DNA from: the human T2T-CHM13v2.0 reference genome, Homo sapiens
NCBI RefSeq assembly: GCF_009914755.1
Contig: NC_060932.1
DNA length: 64,000 bases
Strand: one strand, 5' to 3'
This document shows, in pieces, positions 15,791-30,349 of the stretch. The first letter of the stretch is position 1; each line of letters starts with the position of its first letter. A model generated the notes under the pieces. It saw only the letters and a list, made by a program, of their open reading frames with translations. It did not search any database and was not told the DNA's origin. The position numbers and the translations under genes are program-made.

Positions 15791-17069
15791 TTATTCTCAG
15801 CAAATGAAACCATTCACCATTCTTAATGTTATATTTGTAGTTTTCTACTTTTGCATCATATTCCTCTCACTCCCTCCATTTAAAATCCCCCATCCTTTCC
15901 TAGCCAGTTTCTAAGGCATGCCTCTTTTCTGGGGCTAGCTCCACAGATACCTCCTGCATGAATGAATGAACAAATGCACAAAGAAACTGAAGTGACTCTG
16001 GTATCTCCCCTGCTCTGCTCTTGTCATCTACTTAGACTTTCACCAATTAGCAGGGCTTTGTCTCTGATACAGCCTCTTGCTTCTCTAAGTGAGGACAATT
16101 TTCCCTACTCCTCCACTAGCACGTGGGCTAATTTGGTTCTGTGACATCCCTTATGAACGTCAGTCAGCTTGTCAGCTGTAGGTCTCTGCTCTTCTGCCTT
16201 CCTGTCCCCTAAAGCCAAATCCATTGACACCAAGATCATCTGCCAGCTGATGGCATCTGCTCTCTAGGAATAGGCTCCAAGTTCAGACCTTTCCTGACAG
16301 TGCTTTGGGGTCCCCATAAAACTCAAGTAGATCTCTAAATTCATGTCCTTTCAGAGCCTACTGTGATACATTTATTTCCCTTGTAAGGTTCAGCAAAAAG
16401 GCTGTCAAGAGCACATGAATGAAAGGAACGGGGAAGCATGATGCATAGTTTCTATAAGAAATCAATGGCTACTAAAGATATCCCACATGAAATACCCTGA
16501 ATGAAGCATTTTTAGTCTCAGGGAGAAGCCTTTGGGGAGCTCATAGGGCTTTGGCTGTCACGTCTCATGGGAACTGTTCCTAGAGTAGAAAATTATTTTT
16601 CTTTCAGGCAATGACTTTGCTTAAATCATGCACCGAAGCTAACATTTAGGTGTTCTTCTCTCAGGTAGGTTTATGCTTAGATCTTTATAATGCTGTATTC
16701 ATATAGCCATTGATGTGAGAAGACCCAAGAGGAAAGATTTAGTGTCAAATGGCTGAAAATTTCATGCTTATACTTCAGTGGTTATAGGAGGCTGCAGAAT
16801 GTCACTGGATGCTGAGAACTCACAAGGAGAAAGAGAGGAACATCCTGTCACAAACACATATGGATTGAGGGACACTTTATGATGTCAGGCAGATTCTTCT
16901 TCCGATTTTCATAGTGGGAAGAAGGAATTGTTGGTGTAACTACAGATTTACGAGATCCTGGTTTCCATCTACAAGACCTTCCATTTCCCTAATTAACTCT
17001 TGCTCTGAGTCTCCACAGTGGCTGTTTCAAAACCTATCTGTTCTCATGAAACCATCTAAGCAGCTCATC

Positions 17070-17900
17070 TATCCCCTCCACTCTCAGTACTCATCTTCCA
17101 CTTCACTGAGAAAATTGGAGCTGTTAGGCAAGAATGCCCTCACCTGCATCCATTTTTACCCTTGTCTTCCTGTTTTTGTTACAAGAGTTAACCTGTTCCC
17201 TAATGTTCACATCTCCTTCTCCACCTCCTGTCCTCCAGATCTCATCCCCCCTTTGGAGAATGGTCCTTGATCAAATATCTTTAAACCTCTCCCTCTATGG
17301 TTTCTTCTATCAACATGGGAAGAATATACTCAGGTCTCATACATGTTGAAAAACTAAGTAAATTAAAACCTCTTTGGTTCTCTCTCTTCACAACCAGGCT
17401 TCTTAAATGAGCCATCTACACTCACTGTTTTATTTTCTCCTTCCAGTCATTCTTCATCTCATTGAAATCTGCTTTTTCCCCCTTTACTCCATTGAAACTG
17501 CTGATGCTAAGATTTACCATAGGTCTGATTTTTTTTGTCCTGTACATTATCTTTGAATAACTGCTTGATCTCACTGCTTCAATTATCACCCACTGTGATG
17601 GCACAGAGGCCTGAACATCTCTAATGTAGACCTCCCTTCTAGGCTCCAGACCTGTGTACCTACCTACTTCCTGGACATGGATGTGCCACTTTCACATGTA
17701 CAAAACTAAACTTGGCAACCCCTCTCACTCCAATTCCCCATTAAAATGGCTATTTTGTCACTCCTCTCATTAAATGACACTGCACTCACCCTTATTGCCC
17801 AAGCAATAGAACTGGGAATCATCTTTGCCTTCTTTCTTTCTCTTTTACTAATTCCACTGCCATAGACTATCACCAAAGCTTGTTGAGTCAGCTCCTGAGG
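17070..17900 (+). mobile_element. L2 body fragment
   Basis: ACTTCACTGAGAAAATT, CTCCATTGAAACTGCT, GGAATCATCTTTG. Confidence 0.6.
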
Positions 17901-17924
17901 TTATGTAGAATTTATCCAAGTGAC

Positions 17925-18450
17925 ACAATATAATATCCCAAGCAGGATCTGCTTCAGGGCTCCATAATAAAACACATTAATATTTCTGCAATATAAGAAA
18001 ATACACAATAAGTGGGATATGTAAGGATCCATAAAGCAGACCTGCACAACAAGAAATGCTAAGGAACACTCTTCAGTCTGAAAGCAAATAACAGATGGAA
18101 TTATGAATCTTCACCAAAAAATAAAACGCATCAGAGGCTTTAAATATCTGATAAAAAAAAGATCATTTTCCTGTTCGTTTTTTAAAAATACATACGATTC
18201 CTTAAAGCAAGATGATAATATCATCTTGTTGCTTTTATAATACATATTCAATACCTGTAATAACAATAGCATAAAGGCATGGCAAAGGGGATAAACAGAC
18301 CTTACAATTGCAAGTTTATATATTTTATGGGAATTGGTACAACATTAACTCTGAGTAGAATATGAAAAACTAAGAATTGCATTTTAATCCCACAGCAATG
18401 ACACACAATATAATGCAAATAAGAACAGTTTAAAAGCCAGTGGATAACTT
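17925..18450 (+). mobile_element. Old L1M (ORF1 end/inter-ORF region)
   Basis: AGCAGACCTGCACAACAAGAAATGCTAAGGAA...CTTCAGTCTGAAAG. Confidence 0.6.
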
Positions 18451-18459
18451 CTAATTACA

Positions 18460-18620
18460 TTAATAATAATAGCAAATACTTATTGAGTGTTTCTATATGC
18501 CATTATCTCATTCAATCTTCAAAAAATCCTATGAAGTACACATTATTTTTCCCATTTTACAAATGAGTAAAATAAGACTGAGAAATAAAGTAATTTTCCC
18601 AAATTTATAACAGGATTAGC
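18460..18620 (-). mobile_element. MIR
   Basis: TAATAATAGCAAATACTTATTGAGTG...CCCATTTTACAAATGAG. Confidence 0.7.
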
Positions 18621-18745
18621 CTCAGAGGTGTCAGATTATGGTATATGCTCTCTTTTTAAAATTGACAGATAAAATGTATTTATAGTAACAGCATGAGGTT
18701 TTAAAATATAAGTATATGCTTTTCTATAAAATAAATAAAATTTTT

Positions 18746-19032
18746 GGCCAGACACGGTGGCTCACGCCTGTAATCCCAGCATTTTGGGAGGCCGAGGCAG
18801 GCAGATTACCTGAGGTCAGGAGTTCAAGACAAGCCTGGCCAACATGGTGAAACCCTGTCTCCTCTAAAACTAAAAATATTGGCTGGGTGTGGTGGCACAT
18901 GCCTGTAATCCCAGCTACTCAGCAGGCTGAGGCAGGAGAATCAGCTGAACCTAGGAGGCGGAGGCTGCAGTGAGCCAAGATTATACCACTGCACTCCACC
19001 CTGGGTGACAGAGCAAGACTCCATCTCAAAAA
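18746..19032 (+). mobile_element. AluSx-like
   Basis: Full dimer with a short A-tail. TAAATAAAATTT occurs on both sides. Confidence 0.95.
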
Positions 19033-19281
19033 GTAAATAAAATTTCCATTTCTAAATAATCATAGACATATGAAAAAATTAAACAGAAAGTTACACATCT
19101 TCCTTCCACCAAATTCCAGTTCTATTCCCCAAAAGTAGCCTCTGTCAATGGTTTCTCTGATTATATCAGGAAAAGAAAAAGCTGCAAATACTAATATGTA
19201 GATCTTTTAAACAAAAAAAAAAAAAAATCAAGCATACGTCTATAGATCATTTTCTCACCTAGCAGTTCTGGAAATCTTTCC

Positions 19282-19673
19282 ATATATAAATATATATATA
19301 AAATATATATTTATAAAAATATATATAAAATATATATTTATAAAAATATATATAAAATATATCTATAAATATATACAAATATATAAATATATACAAATAT
19401 ATATATACTATATGTAAATATATAAATATATAATATATATACAATATATATATACAAAATATATAAATATATATACAAATATATAAATATACATATATTA
19501 AAATATGTATATAAAATATATAAATATATAAATATATGTAAATATATAAATATATGTAAATATATAAATATATTATATATAAATATATATAAATATATTA
19601 TATATAAATATATATAAATAAATAAATATAAATATATACAAATAAATATATATAAATATATACAAATAAATAT

Positions 19674-19714
<41 letters not shown>
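19282..19714. repeat. ~430-bp TA-rich compound mini/microsatellite ending in pure (TA)14
   Basis: Almost entirely A/T, with TATA/TAAA-based higher-order units. Confidence 0.97.
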
Positions 19715-19718
<4 letters not shown>

Positions 19719-20108
19719 AAGCTACTTCATTCTTTTTAGTGGCTGCATCCTATCCCATTGTGCGGATGTAACAAAATACATCACACAAGTCCGCTCTTGA
19801 TAGAAAGTTGTTTCCAGTTGTTGTTATTGTTGTCATACAATAGCAATTAGCATATTGTATAATACACCAATAAACATATTTGTACATTACAAATATATAT
19901 GCACAATCAATTCATAACAGTGCAATTGCTAGATCAAAAAGTTTTTACCCTTTTATATTTTGAAAGCTATTGCTAAATGATTCATTGACTTCATCAACTC
20001 TTATTTTCAAAAAGTCAGATAAGATTATGTAAAGTCTGTGATCTCAATTACTATTCAACCTTCCTTTCAGTAATATTGCTTCTGGTACATTTTGACTTAC
20101 AAAGAGGA

Positions 20109-20410
20109 TTTTTTGTTGTTGTTGTTTTGAGATAGAGTCTCACTCTGTTACCCAGGCTGGAGTGCAGTGACTGTATATCTGCTAACTGCAAGCTCCGCCC
20201 CCCGGATTCAAGCCATTCTCCTGGCTCAGCCTCCTGAGTAGCTGGGACTACAAGAGCCCACCATCACGCCTCGCTAATTTTTTTGTATTTTTAGTAGAGA
20301 CGGGGTTTCACTGTGTTAGCCAGGATGGTCTCGATCTCCTGACCTTCTGATCCGCCCACCTCGGCCTCCCAAAGTGCTGCGATTACAGGCGTGAGCCACC
20401 GCGCCCGGCC
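20109..20410 (-). mobile_element. AluY
   Basis: Diagnostics CTGCAAGCTCCGCC, GCCATTCTC and TTAGCCAGGATGGTCTCGATCTCC; (TTG)n tail. Confidence 0.93.
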
Positions 20411-20704
20411 TCGGATTGTTGTTTTTTTAAGTGTGGTCAAAGCTACTGATCTTTTCCTTTTTTATTTGTTTACTGTGTTTTGGCAGACAACATTCTTCTC
20501 CATCCTAATAAAAAATATTCACGTGTATTTTCTTATATTTTTATGGTTTTGGCTTTTACATTGACCTGTAAACCACATTAGTGTGTTTAATGTAAGTTTA
20601 ACATGAGTCACTAGAGTTTGTTACAGTCAGTTTTCTCAAATACACACTTTTGAAAAATGTATTTATTCCATTTTGGTTTGCATTTTTTCTTTATAACACA
20701 TTGA

Positions 20705-20780
20705 TAATTAGCATTAATATTAGTAATTAATATCAGTAATTAGTATTAATATTAGCAATTAGTATTAATACTAGTAATTT
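20705..20780. repeat. Imperfect AT-rich tandem repeat (ATTAGTATTAATATTAGCA-like units)
   Basis: Repeated ATTAG/TAATA units. Confidence 0.65.
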
Positions 20781-23059
20781 GATGTAGGTTTCTGGTTCCA
20801 CGGGTTTTCTATAAGGGGAGGGGCAATAGACAAAAGACAATAGACCAATGGCAAACAAAGTACCACTTCCTTAACCGCTGAACAAGCAATTTATACACAA
20901 AATGCAGAGCTTTTCTGGTGAGTCCTGAGGCATATAGCTTAACTGGAGACCTAAACAAGGCTTTCTACTTCTTCCCTTCCTCTAAAATAGTGAAATTGCA
21001 GATTGAGTCTGTTTACCCAGCCCACAATGGACAAGGACCTGAGCCTGCCATAAACCACCAAGCCCAGTGCTCTGACGTCTTTGATGTGGGAAGTGGAGCC
21101 AAGATGCCAGCCTTTAAGACCTAACGGCCTCTCACTCCAATTAATGCAGGGCCGTTGCACCCCAAATTATGTAAGATATTGAAGTACTACCATTTCGGTT
21201 GTCATTTATCTCCACTTCATCGCTGATAAGCAGCCAACTTAGCCTATTAAAATTTCTAGTGCATTGGTGAATATGTATTTGTAATACATATTCCCTCAGG
21301 ACAGCAGGCCCAGAGGATATAGTGGAAGTAATAGTTGCTCCAAGCAGAAAACCTTGTCGCCAGTAGGAAATAGCAGAAGCAGAAGCAGTGTAGTGTAAGG
21401 TCCTGGATGTACTGCAATATCTAGCAAGGGTAACAGTAATGTATGACCTGAAAAGAGACCATATTCCCCGGCAAGAGATTGCTGTGCCATGTGTGAAGAT
21501 GGAAACAGAATCAGACAGAGGTGCAACCCAGAAGCAGTAATGATCAAAAGCACTTGCAGCTGTATCCAGCAGACATCACAGGGAAGCCCTCCAGAACTGT
21601 TCAGAAACCCTCTGGGAACACCCAGAATTACTGTAGAGAATAGACTTTGCAAGGCTGTTTTGCATAAGCAGTTGGAAGTAACAGTTACTAAAATCTGCCT
21701 TAAGCCTGCTCATGTGATTGTTAATAGGACTCAGCTGCTAAAAAGGCTCCTATTTAGATATGTTTAACACACACATTTTGTTTTTCAAAATATGTATTAA
21801 CATCCTGTGGGAAAATGTCCCAACATATATCATTTTGGGAAATTCTGCTATGGAGCTTGACTTTCAAACTGTGACATTTCATGTCTGGATCACGTTTATT
21901 TACACACTAGGGCTCCAAAAAGAGGAATTGCTCAGAAGACTACTGGGTGACATGACACACATGGATGTCTGATTCCTGCCCACAAATGCATTGCCCCTAA
22001 AGGACACTTCTTTTAGAAGTCTATTTCCAGGAGGTACCTGGGAGACACACAGCCGGTACACTGTAGACCTAGACAAACTTCAATTCTACATTAAACCCTT
22101 CTTAGGCTCAAACTGGGATTCCTGATATATTTATAATAAGAACTGGGCAATTGGCTAGGACTCTTTTTTAATATTGGTTCCAGGAAGTCCGGACCCAAAT
22201 TTATAGCTCAAATACAGTATTTATGCTGTCTTTTATGGTTCAAAGTTACGTTCTTTTTTTATTAATGTGATGGCTTTCCATTTTTTATTCATATTTTATT
22301 GGTATTCTTTCCCTATTTATTTGCATAGTCTATCTCTGCTTTATGATATGCATTTTTATTACAGTTCTACCAAAACCTTTGTAGACCAGGTGGCCAGGGG
22401 GCCTCAGGACTAGAGAACTTCTTGCAGTCTATTCATTGCATTTGTTCATCTCTTTATTTCAAATAGATTCTGTCCCTTTTTACTCTGCTTGAGTTAATGA
22501 AACTGATTGTTAGAAATATCAACTTCTACGTGCAATCAGAAATGATTCAGAAGGCAAAGTGAATTAATAAAGAAATGTATAACACAGTGTTGAGGATTTA
22601 ATATGCCATTCTTCTTAGGAAAGCTACATTAAAAAATGTTAAAGAATATTGTTAATGGAAGTTAAGCAATTTATGGAAGAGATTTAAGAGGGCAAGACCT
22701 TCCCAAAGCTCCTGAGAAAAGTTCTCCATCCAGTAGTTTTTTTTTTTAACTCACTTTTAAATCCTCATGTAAAAGCCAGATTATATGAGCATGTTTAAAA
22801 TTCTTTTATTAAATAGAATATTTTTTCATTCTTTTCTCTTATCCAGAAAAGTAACTATATCACGCAGCTTGTAGATCACACTTGGGATCATCGAGGGGAA
22901 ATGAGAAAAAATAACAGCTTTGCCAAATTAGCAGAGTGTATGCAAGCAAGGAAATTCACAAATTACGGTGATTATTCTGAACATCTGATTCCAGAGGGAA
23001 TCACATCCAAGTAATAGAAATCATTGAAGATGAAAATTCAAGAGCAAATCCTGTTGACT

Positions 23060-23350
23060 GCCATATACTCACTGCATCTGTGAGTATATGGCATCTCCAG
23101 TGCCACCACCCTTGTTCAATGACTGTGAACTCTTGCCTGGAATATTCAAGAGCCTCATGCTTGAACTCTTTTCTTCCCTGCGTCCTCTACAATCTATTCT
23201 CCAGAGAAAACTCAAAATGAGTTTTCCAACATCAATTACATCACATCACTCCCCTGCTTAAAACTCTCCAGTGGCTTCCTACTGCATTTAGACTAAAACC
23301 AGCCTCTCTAACATCACCTATAATGCCCCCTAATAGTGAGGTCTTGCCTA
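23060..23350 (+). mobile_element. L2 fragment
   Basis: TGCCACCACCCT, ATCACTCCCCTGCTTAAAACTCTCCAGTGGCTTCC. Confidence 0.7.
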
Positions 23351-23569
23351 CTTCTCTGACCAGACTTCATAATAGTCTGTTTCTCACTCTGTCTGATGTG
23401 TTCCTCAAGCTAAACAATGACCATGTGTTTCTCAAAACTCACAGAAATGTACTAAGAAGGGTAAGTTTTTCTGCATGTAAATTATGTTTTAAGAATAGAA
23501 ATAGGATAGGTATCCCTATGAATACCAATCAACAAGATATTTTTAATCTGAAAAAGATATTTTAAATAA

Positions 23570-24328
<759 letters not shown>

Positions 24329-24329
24329 A

Positions 24330-24985
24330 AATATCTGGGTATGTATCTAAAAAGTATGTATAAAATAATTATGAAGAAAAGGATAGAATATAGTAAGACT
24401 AAAAGGAATGGAGAAATATTCCATAATTAAAAATGAAGACATTTGATATTATGATTATTGAAATCTGTAAATTCAACGCAATTCATATCAAAATCCCAGT
24501 AAGATGTTTCACAGAATTTACTTAACAGGAGGCTTAAATGTGTATCAAAGATTATGGCCAAAAAGAGCCAACAATATTGAAGAAGAATAGTGACAGATGA
24601 CTAACCAGATATCAAGTCTTAATTTAAAGCTTTATACTAATTAAGAGACAAATATATCAGTTAATAGCTATAATTAATAGAGCAGTTAATTAAGAGATAA
24701 ATATATCAGTAAATCAGAATAAAGAGCCTTGAAATTTTTGTTTAACATACTGAAAGCATTCCATAGTTCTGGAACAAGTGGTTACCCATGTGGAAAAGGA
24801 TATTAGATTCCCTTCCTCACGTCATAAGCAAAAACAAATTACATTTATTAGAAAGCTACATGCAAAGATCAAAACTTTAAAACTTTTATAGGAAAATGTA
24901 TTTATGTTCTTTGGATAAGAAATGATTTCTTAGCTATATCACAAAAACACAGCAATAAAGGAACAGTTTGATTAAAATTGCAATG
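24330..24985 (+). mobile_element. Old L1M ORF2 fragment
   Basis: AAATTCAACGCAATTCATATCAAAATCCCAG is a degenerate FNAIPIKIP; ACCAGATATCAAG. Confidence 0.65.
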
Positions 24986-25315
24986 CATGTGAGTATTTGA
25001 TAATATTCAATTATTTCAAGTAGCATGAACTTGTATTCTATTCTATGGATTATAATCCATTATTTTTATTATTTTATTCCTCAGATTGTCCCAGATTTTG
25101 CCCCTGGGAGCCAGTTCAAGCTGGTGTCTAGTCTTTCAACGTTGTTGAGCATTTTACTACTTTCTGACACCTGGTTGCTCTCTTTGCAAAAAATGGTATA
25201 GAGAAACTTTTATTTGTATGCAAGGTGTATCAGCACAATTTTTAACAAGAAAACATAGAAGCAACCTAACCATCCTTCAGTTGAATGCACAACAGCATAT
25301 AAAAGACATGGACTA

Positions 25316-25668
<353 letters not shown>

Positions 25669-25798
25669 CTAAGCTAATCTCACACTATGGAGTAAAAAAA
25701 GCTACAGCATATTATAATCCATTCAAACTAAGACCCATAAAATAATGTTTATTGCTTATAAAGAAGTACGTACGTAGCAACAAAGAAAATATAGCCAC

Positions 25799-26595
<797 letters not shown>

Positions 26596-26832
26596 GTAAA
26601 AGTATTTTTAAACGCGTAGAAATAATGCACCCAAACTTTAGGATAGTACCTATAGCTGACGAGACAGAAAAAGAGGAGAAAAGTGTGAGGCAGAGAGAAG
26701 GGAGGCATTTGCTGTATTTTAGCATTTTATTTCTTTAAAATGAGAGAAATCTAAAGAATATATGACAAAACACATATATCCATGGTTGGAACATGGTAAT
26801 CCCTTTTATTAATTTCTATTTCATTTGTATTA

Positions 26833-27115
26833 TTTTCATTGTGGTAAAATATGCACAGCATAAAGTGTGTTATTTTGACTGTTTTCAAGTGTACAGTTCA
26901 GCAACATTAAGTACATTCACATCATTGTAGTACCATCATCAGCATCATCCTGAGAACCCTTTTCATCTTGTAAAACTGAAACTCCATGATATTAAATAAC
27001 AACTCCCTACTTGTTTCTTCTCCCAGCAGCCCCGGGCAACCACCATTCTTTCTGCCTCTGAATTTGACTATTCTAGGTACCTCATGTAAGTGGAATCATA
27101 TAGTATTTGTCCTAT
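26833..27115 (-). mobile_element. L1MB-type 3' end
   Basis: AAGTGTACAGTTCAG...AAGTACATTCACA...CCTCATGTAAGTGGAATCATA. Confidence 0.8.
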
Positions 27116-27344
27116 TTTCTTATATGATTGAAATATATTATTTAATTAAATATGTTGAAATATATTATTTAACTAAAGATTTCTCTAAAATAATGGTCTC
27201 CTCCAACCCAGAAGAAACCAATTTTAAGTGTTTTCATTTAATACATGTACTCTTCTAAGATTGCACATAGAGGGATATGATGGAGCAGATACTTATTGGC
27301 TACTAAGTCCTATCTGTGCACTGATGTTTTGATTATCTGCATAT

Positions 27345-27485
27345 GAGTCAATCTTGCCCACTAGAAGACCCCATATCCTTGATAATGAGGAAGGTGCCTT
27401 ATTTCCCTTTTCACTTCCAATGTCAAGCACGGTAGCTGGCATACAACAGATGCTCAATAAATGTGTGTTCAAAAAAGAATGAATT
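27345..27485 (+). mobile_element. L2 3' end
   Basis: GCTGGCATACAACAGATGCTCAATAAATG...GAATGAAT. Confidence 0.65.
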
Positions 27486-28089
27486 ATTGTGTTTCAAAAT
27501 TATCAGCTTCAACTTAGTATCTTAAAAATCTATTTCAAAAATATATAATTTGCTCCAAGTTACCAGTTTTAAGACCTTCTATTTATCTTTCTTTGTTGCT
27601 CTTAGAGTAACCTCAACCGTTCTCGAAGCTTCAGTGGCACAAGGAACTTAAGGAAATGTCTCTTCCCTGAAAAGACAAGCTTCACATGACTCATCTGTCC
27701 TCCCCATGGCCCTATCTTGATGCACCAAGCATTTGAAACTTTAAGTAATTTTCAGGCAGCTGTAATTGAAGAGATATTACAGCTGTTGAAGTGGTGCCAG
27801 TTACCACATTAAGGTAGCCATAACTCAGGCAAAGCACAGACAAGAACAACTTCATGGAAAGTGGGCTTATTCACTATTTTAAGTCAATTGCTTCCTTTAG
27901 TATTCCAAGCCTGCCATTGCTAAGAATACAAAGGAACAAGAATTTATCATAATGGATCACAAACTCAAACTCAGGGGGAAATATTAAATGAAACAAACCA
28001 GAAAAGAAATTATTTATCCTTGACTAATTAAACTCATCAGCACAAACGAGCCCAAATCTAGTACATTTCTGAGATCCAGGAACATGAGC

Positions 28090-28310
28090 CAGTGAAAGAT
28101 CACAGACTTTGAATGGAGAAGACCAGAGCACATGTCCTTGTCCTGACTTTTACCAATAGTTTGACCTTGGATCATTCCCATAACTTTGCAAACACCTGTT
28201 AAGTGGCAAATAATATCATCCACCTTAGAAGGATGTTAGAGGATTAGATGAGAAAAGTTAATGTCAACATTTTTATATGCTGCAAATTGCTTGACAAATA
28301 ACATTTATAT
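28090..28310 (+). mobile_element. MIR
   Basis: TGACCTTGGA...GTTAGAGGATTAGATGAGA. Confidence 0.55.
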
Positions 28311-28672
28311 TAAGAACTTAACACAGAAATATCTGAAGATTAAGAAGTAGGGAAATCATAGGATGAAACTTGAACTCATAGTTTTATATGTTTAGAATAT
28401 TGACTTCTTCTGTGGCAAAGCATTTTCTTGTCAGTTTTCTGTGTTCCTGTAAGACATCAATGGTGTGGGGAAATGGTGCTATTTTAGATCTCGTGCCCTT
28501 AAGATTCAAAATGCCCAAAAGACACTTCAGTGGGCTAACAAGTCTACATTCAGAATTCAGCCGAGTTCACAACATAGTTCTATATTCCTACTACTGAATT
28601 TCTTTAGTCAATTAATTTTCCCATGCTCCTTGGTGACTGTATTAAACCTTTTCCATTCTCTTCATCCAAACC

Positions 28673-29217
28673 TGTTACTGATGAAGGGTGTCCAGGTTCT
28701 TGGGGTTTTGAACAAAGAATCGGACAAAACACACCAATGAATGAAAGAAAAGCACAGATCTATTGAAACAAAAGTACACTCCACAGGGTGGGAGTGGGCT
28801 CAAATAAGCAGCTCAAGAGCCCCATTACAGAATTTTCTGGGGTTGAAATATTCTCTAGAGGTTTCCCATTTGTTACTTGGTGTACACCCTATGTAAATGA
28901 TGTGGTGGCCCACGACCATTCTGGTTGGTTGTGGGAGGGGACCAATTAGAGGCTGAAGTGAAGTTACACTCCTAGGCAAATGAAAACTTGGCCTGTGACC
29001 AGTCTGATTGGTTGCAGGAGGGAACCAATCAGAGGTACTTTCAATTTTTCACCTGCCACGCAGAGAAGGGGGGATGGGGCTGTTGCAAAGGGTGTAGCCT
29101 ATGGTCCTCTTGTTACTTGGGCATGGAAAGTTGGGGTTTTCCTTTTGGTTTAATTATAGGAAGTCAACATGAATCAGCCTTAGGTTCCCTGCCTCCAGAT
29201 CCTATTCTCCTGCCTCA
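28673..29217 (-). mobile_element. MER51A-type ERV1 solo LTR
   Basis: Reverse begins TGAGGCAGGAGAATAGG.TCTGGAGGCAGGGAACCTAAGGC and ends ...AACA. Repeated CCAAT boxes. Confidence 0.85.
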
Positions 29218-29534
29218 CCACCACCCCAAAAAGCTCCCTCAGTCACAAAAGATGACCTCACTTCCAACCTCACAGAGAAATTTGAAGCTGCCAGAGAGGA
29301 GCCCTCAACTTTCCAGCACCTACTTTCAAACCTACAACCTATCTGTATCTTCTCTCCTCTCCTCAATTCCTGTGAAAGCCAACTCCCTTCTTCCTAGTTT
29401 CGGTCCAATCTCTCTGTCTGTGTTCTGTAGCCCACTTCGAGAATCATCTCCTATCAATAATCTCTTCTCTCTTCTGTGTCTTCTAACTCACCATCTTTGC
29501 TTGGTTCCCCCATGGTCATTCAAACATACTTAAT

Positions 29535-29812
29535 TCATACAAAAAAAATTAGAATGAATAAGACCTACTATTTGATAGCACAAGATGACTATAATCAATA
29601 CCTTAACTGTACATTTTTTAATAACTAAAAGAGTATAATTGGATTGTTTGTAACACAAGGGATAAATGCTTCAGGGAAGGGATACCCCATTCTACATGAT
29701 GTGATTACACACTACATGCCTGTATCAAAACATCGCATGTACCCCATAAAGCTATACACCTACTATGTACCCGCAAGAATTAAAAATAAAAAAACTTAAA
29801 TTTAAATTAAAA
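29535..29812 (+). mobile_element. L1MA (MA2/MA3-like) 3' end
   Basis: GAATGAATAAGACCTACTATTTGATAGCACAA...TACACCTACTATGTACCC followed by an A-tail. Confidence 0.85.
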
Positions 29813-30349
29813 AAGTGTAATTTTTTTAATATCTCAAGCCTTATTTTTTCTTTCAATTACAGCCCTATGTCTTCTGTCCTTTTCTCAGTCGCATTTCTAA
29901 AAGGAGTTGTCTACACTCACTGTCTCTATTTCTTAATTTCTCACTCATTCCACAACCCACTGAAACCTTGCATCTCCCCTCAACAGCCCACCCAACCACT
30001 GAGCTAAGTTGCCAATGACTTCTGCAAGGTATACTTTTGACCTGGGCCTCCGTAGCCTCTCAGCAGCACTCTGTGGAGTTAACTATTTTCTTTTTTGTCT
30101 TTCATGGTCTCCTCCTGGGTATCCTCCCACCTTTCTGAACAGTCTTTTAGTTTATCCTTCCCTGTTTCACATTCAAAGGTTGGAGTTTCCCAAGATTGAT
30201 TCCTAGGCTACTTCTCCTTTTCATTCTTTCTTCTACACAAAATCAGCCACTCTCATATCTTCATTCGCCACCTGCATATTGACCATTTGTGAACATGCAT
30301 CTTTAGATCACATCCATGTGTCCGATTTGGTCTCCACTTGGCTATCTGA

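Larger units (their letters stand above)
19050..20680 (-). mobile_element. Old L1ME 3' region hosting the AT tract and an AluY
   Basis: CTTCATTCTTTTTAGTGGCTGCAT, TTGTTTCCAGTT, AATTGCTAGATCAAA. Confidence 0.55.

Noticed and set aside
19259-19679. Y/I-rich ORFs
   Set aside because: They are translations of the TA-rich repeat.
28988-29533. 181-aa ORF
   Set aside because: It starts at a non-ATG codon (TTG), spans a MER51A/L2 junction and resembles no protein I know.
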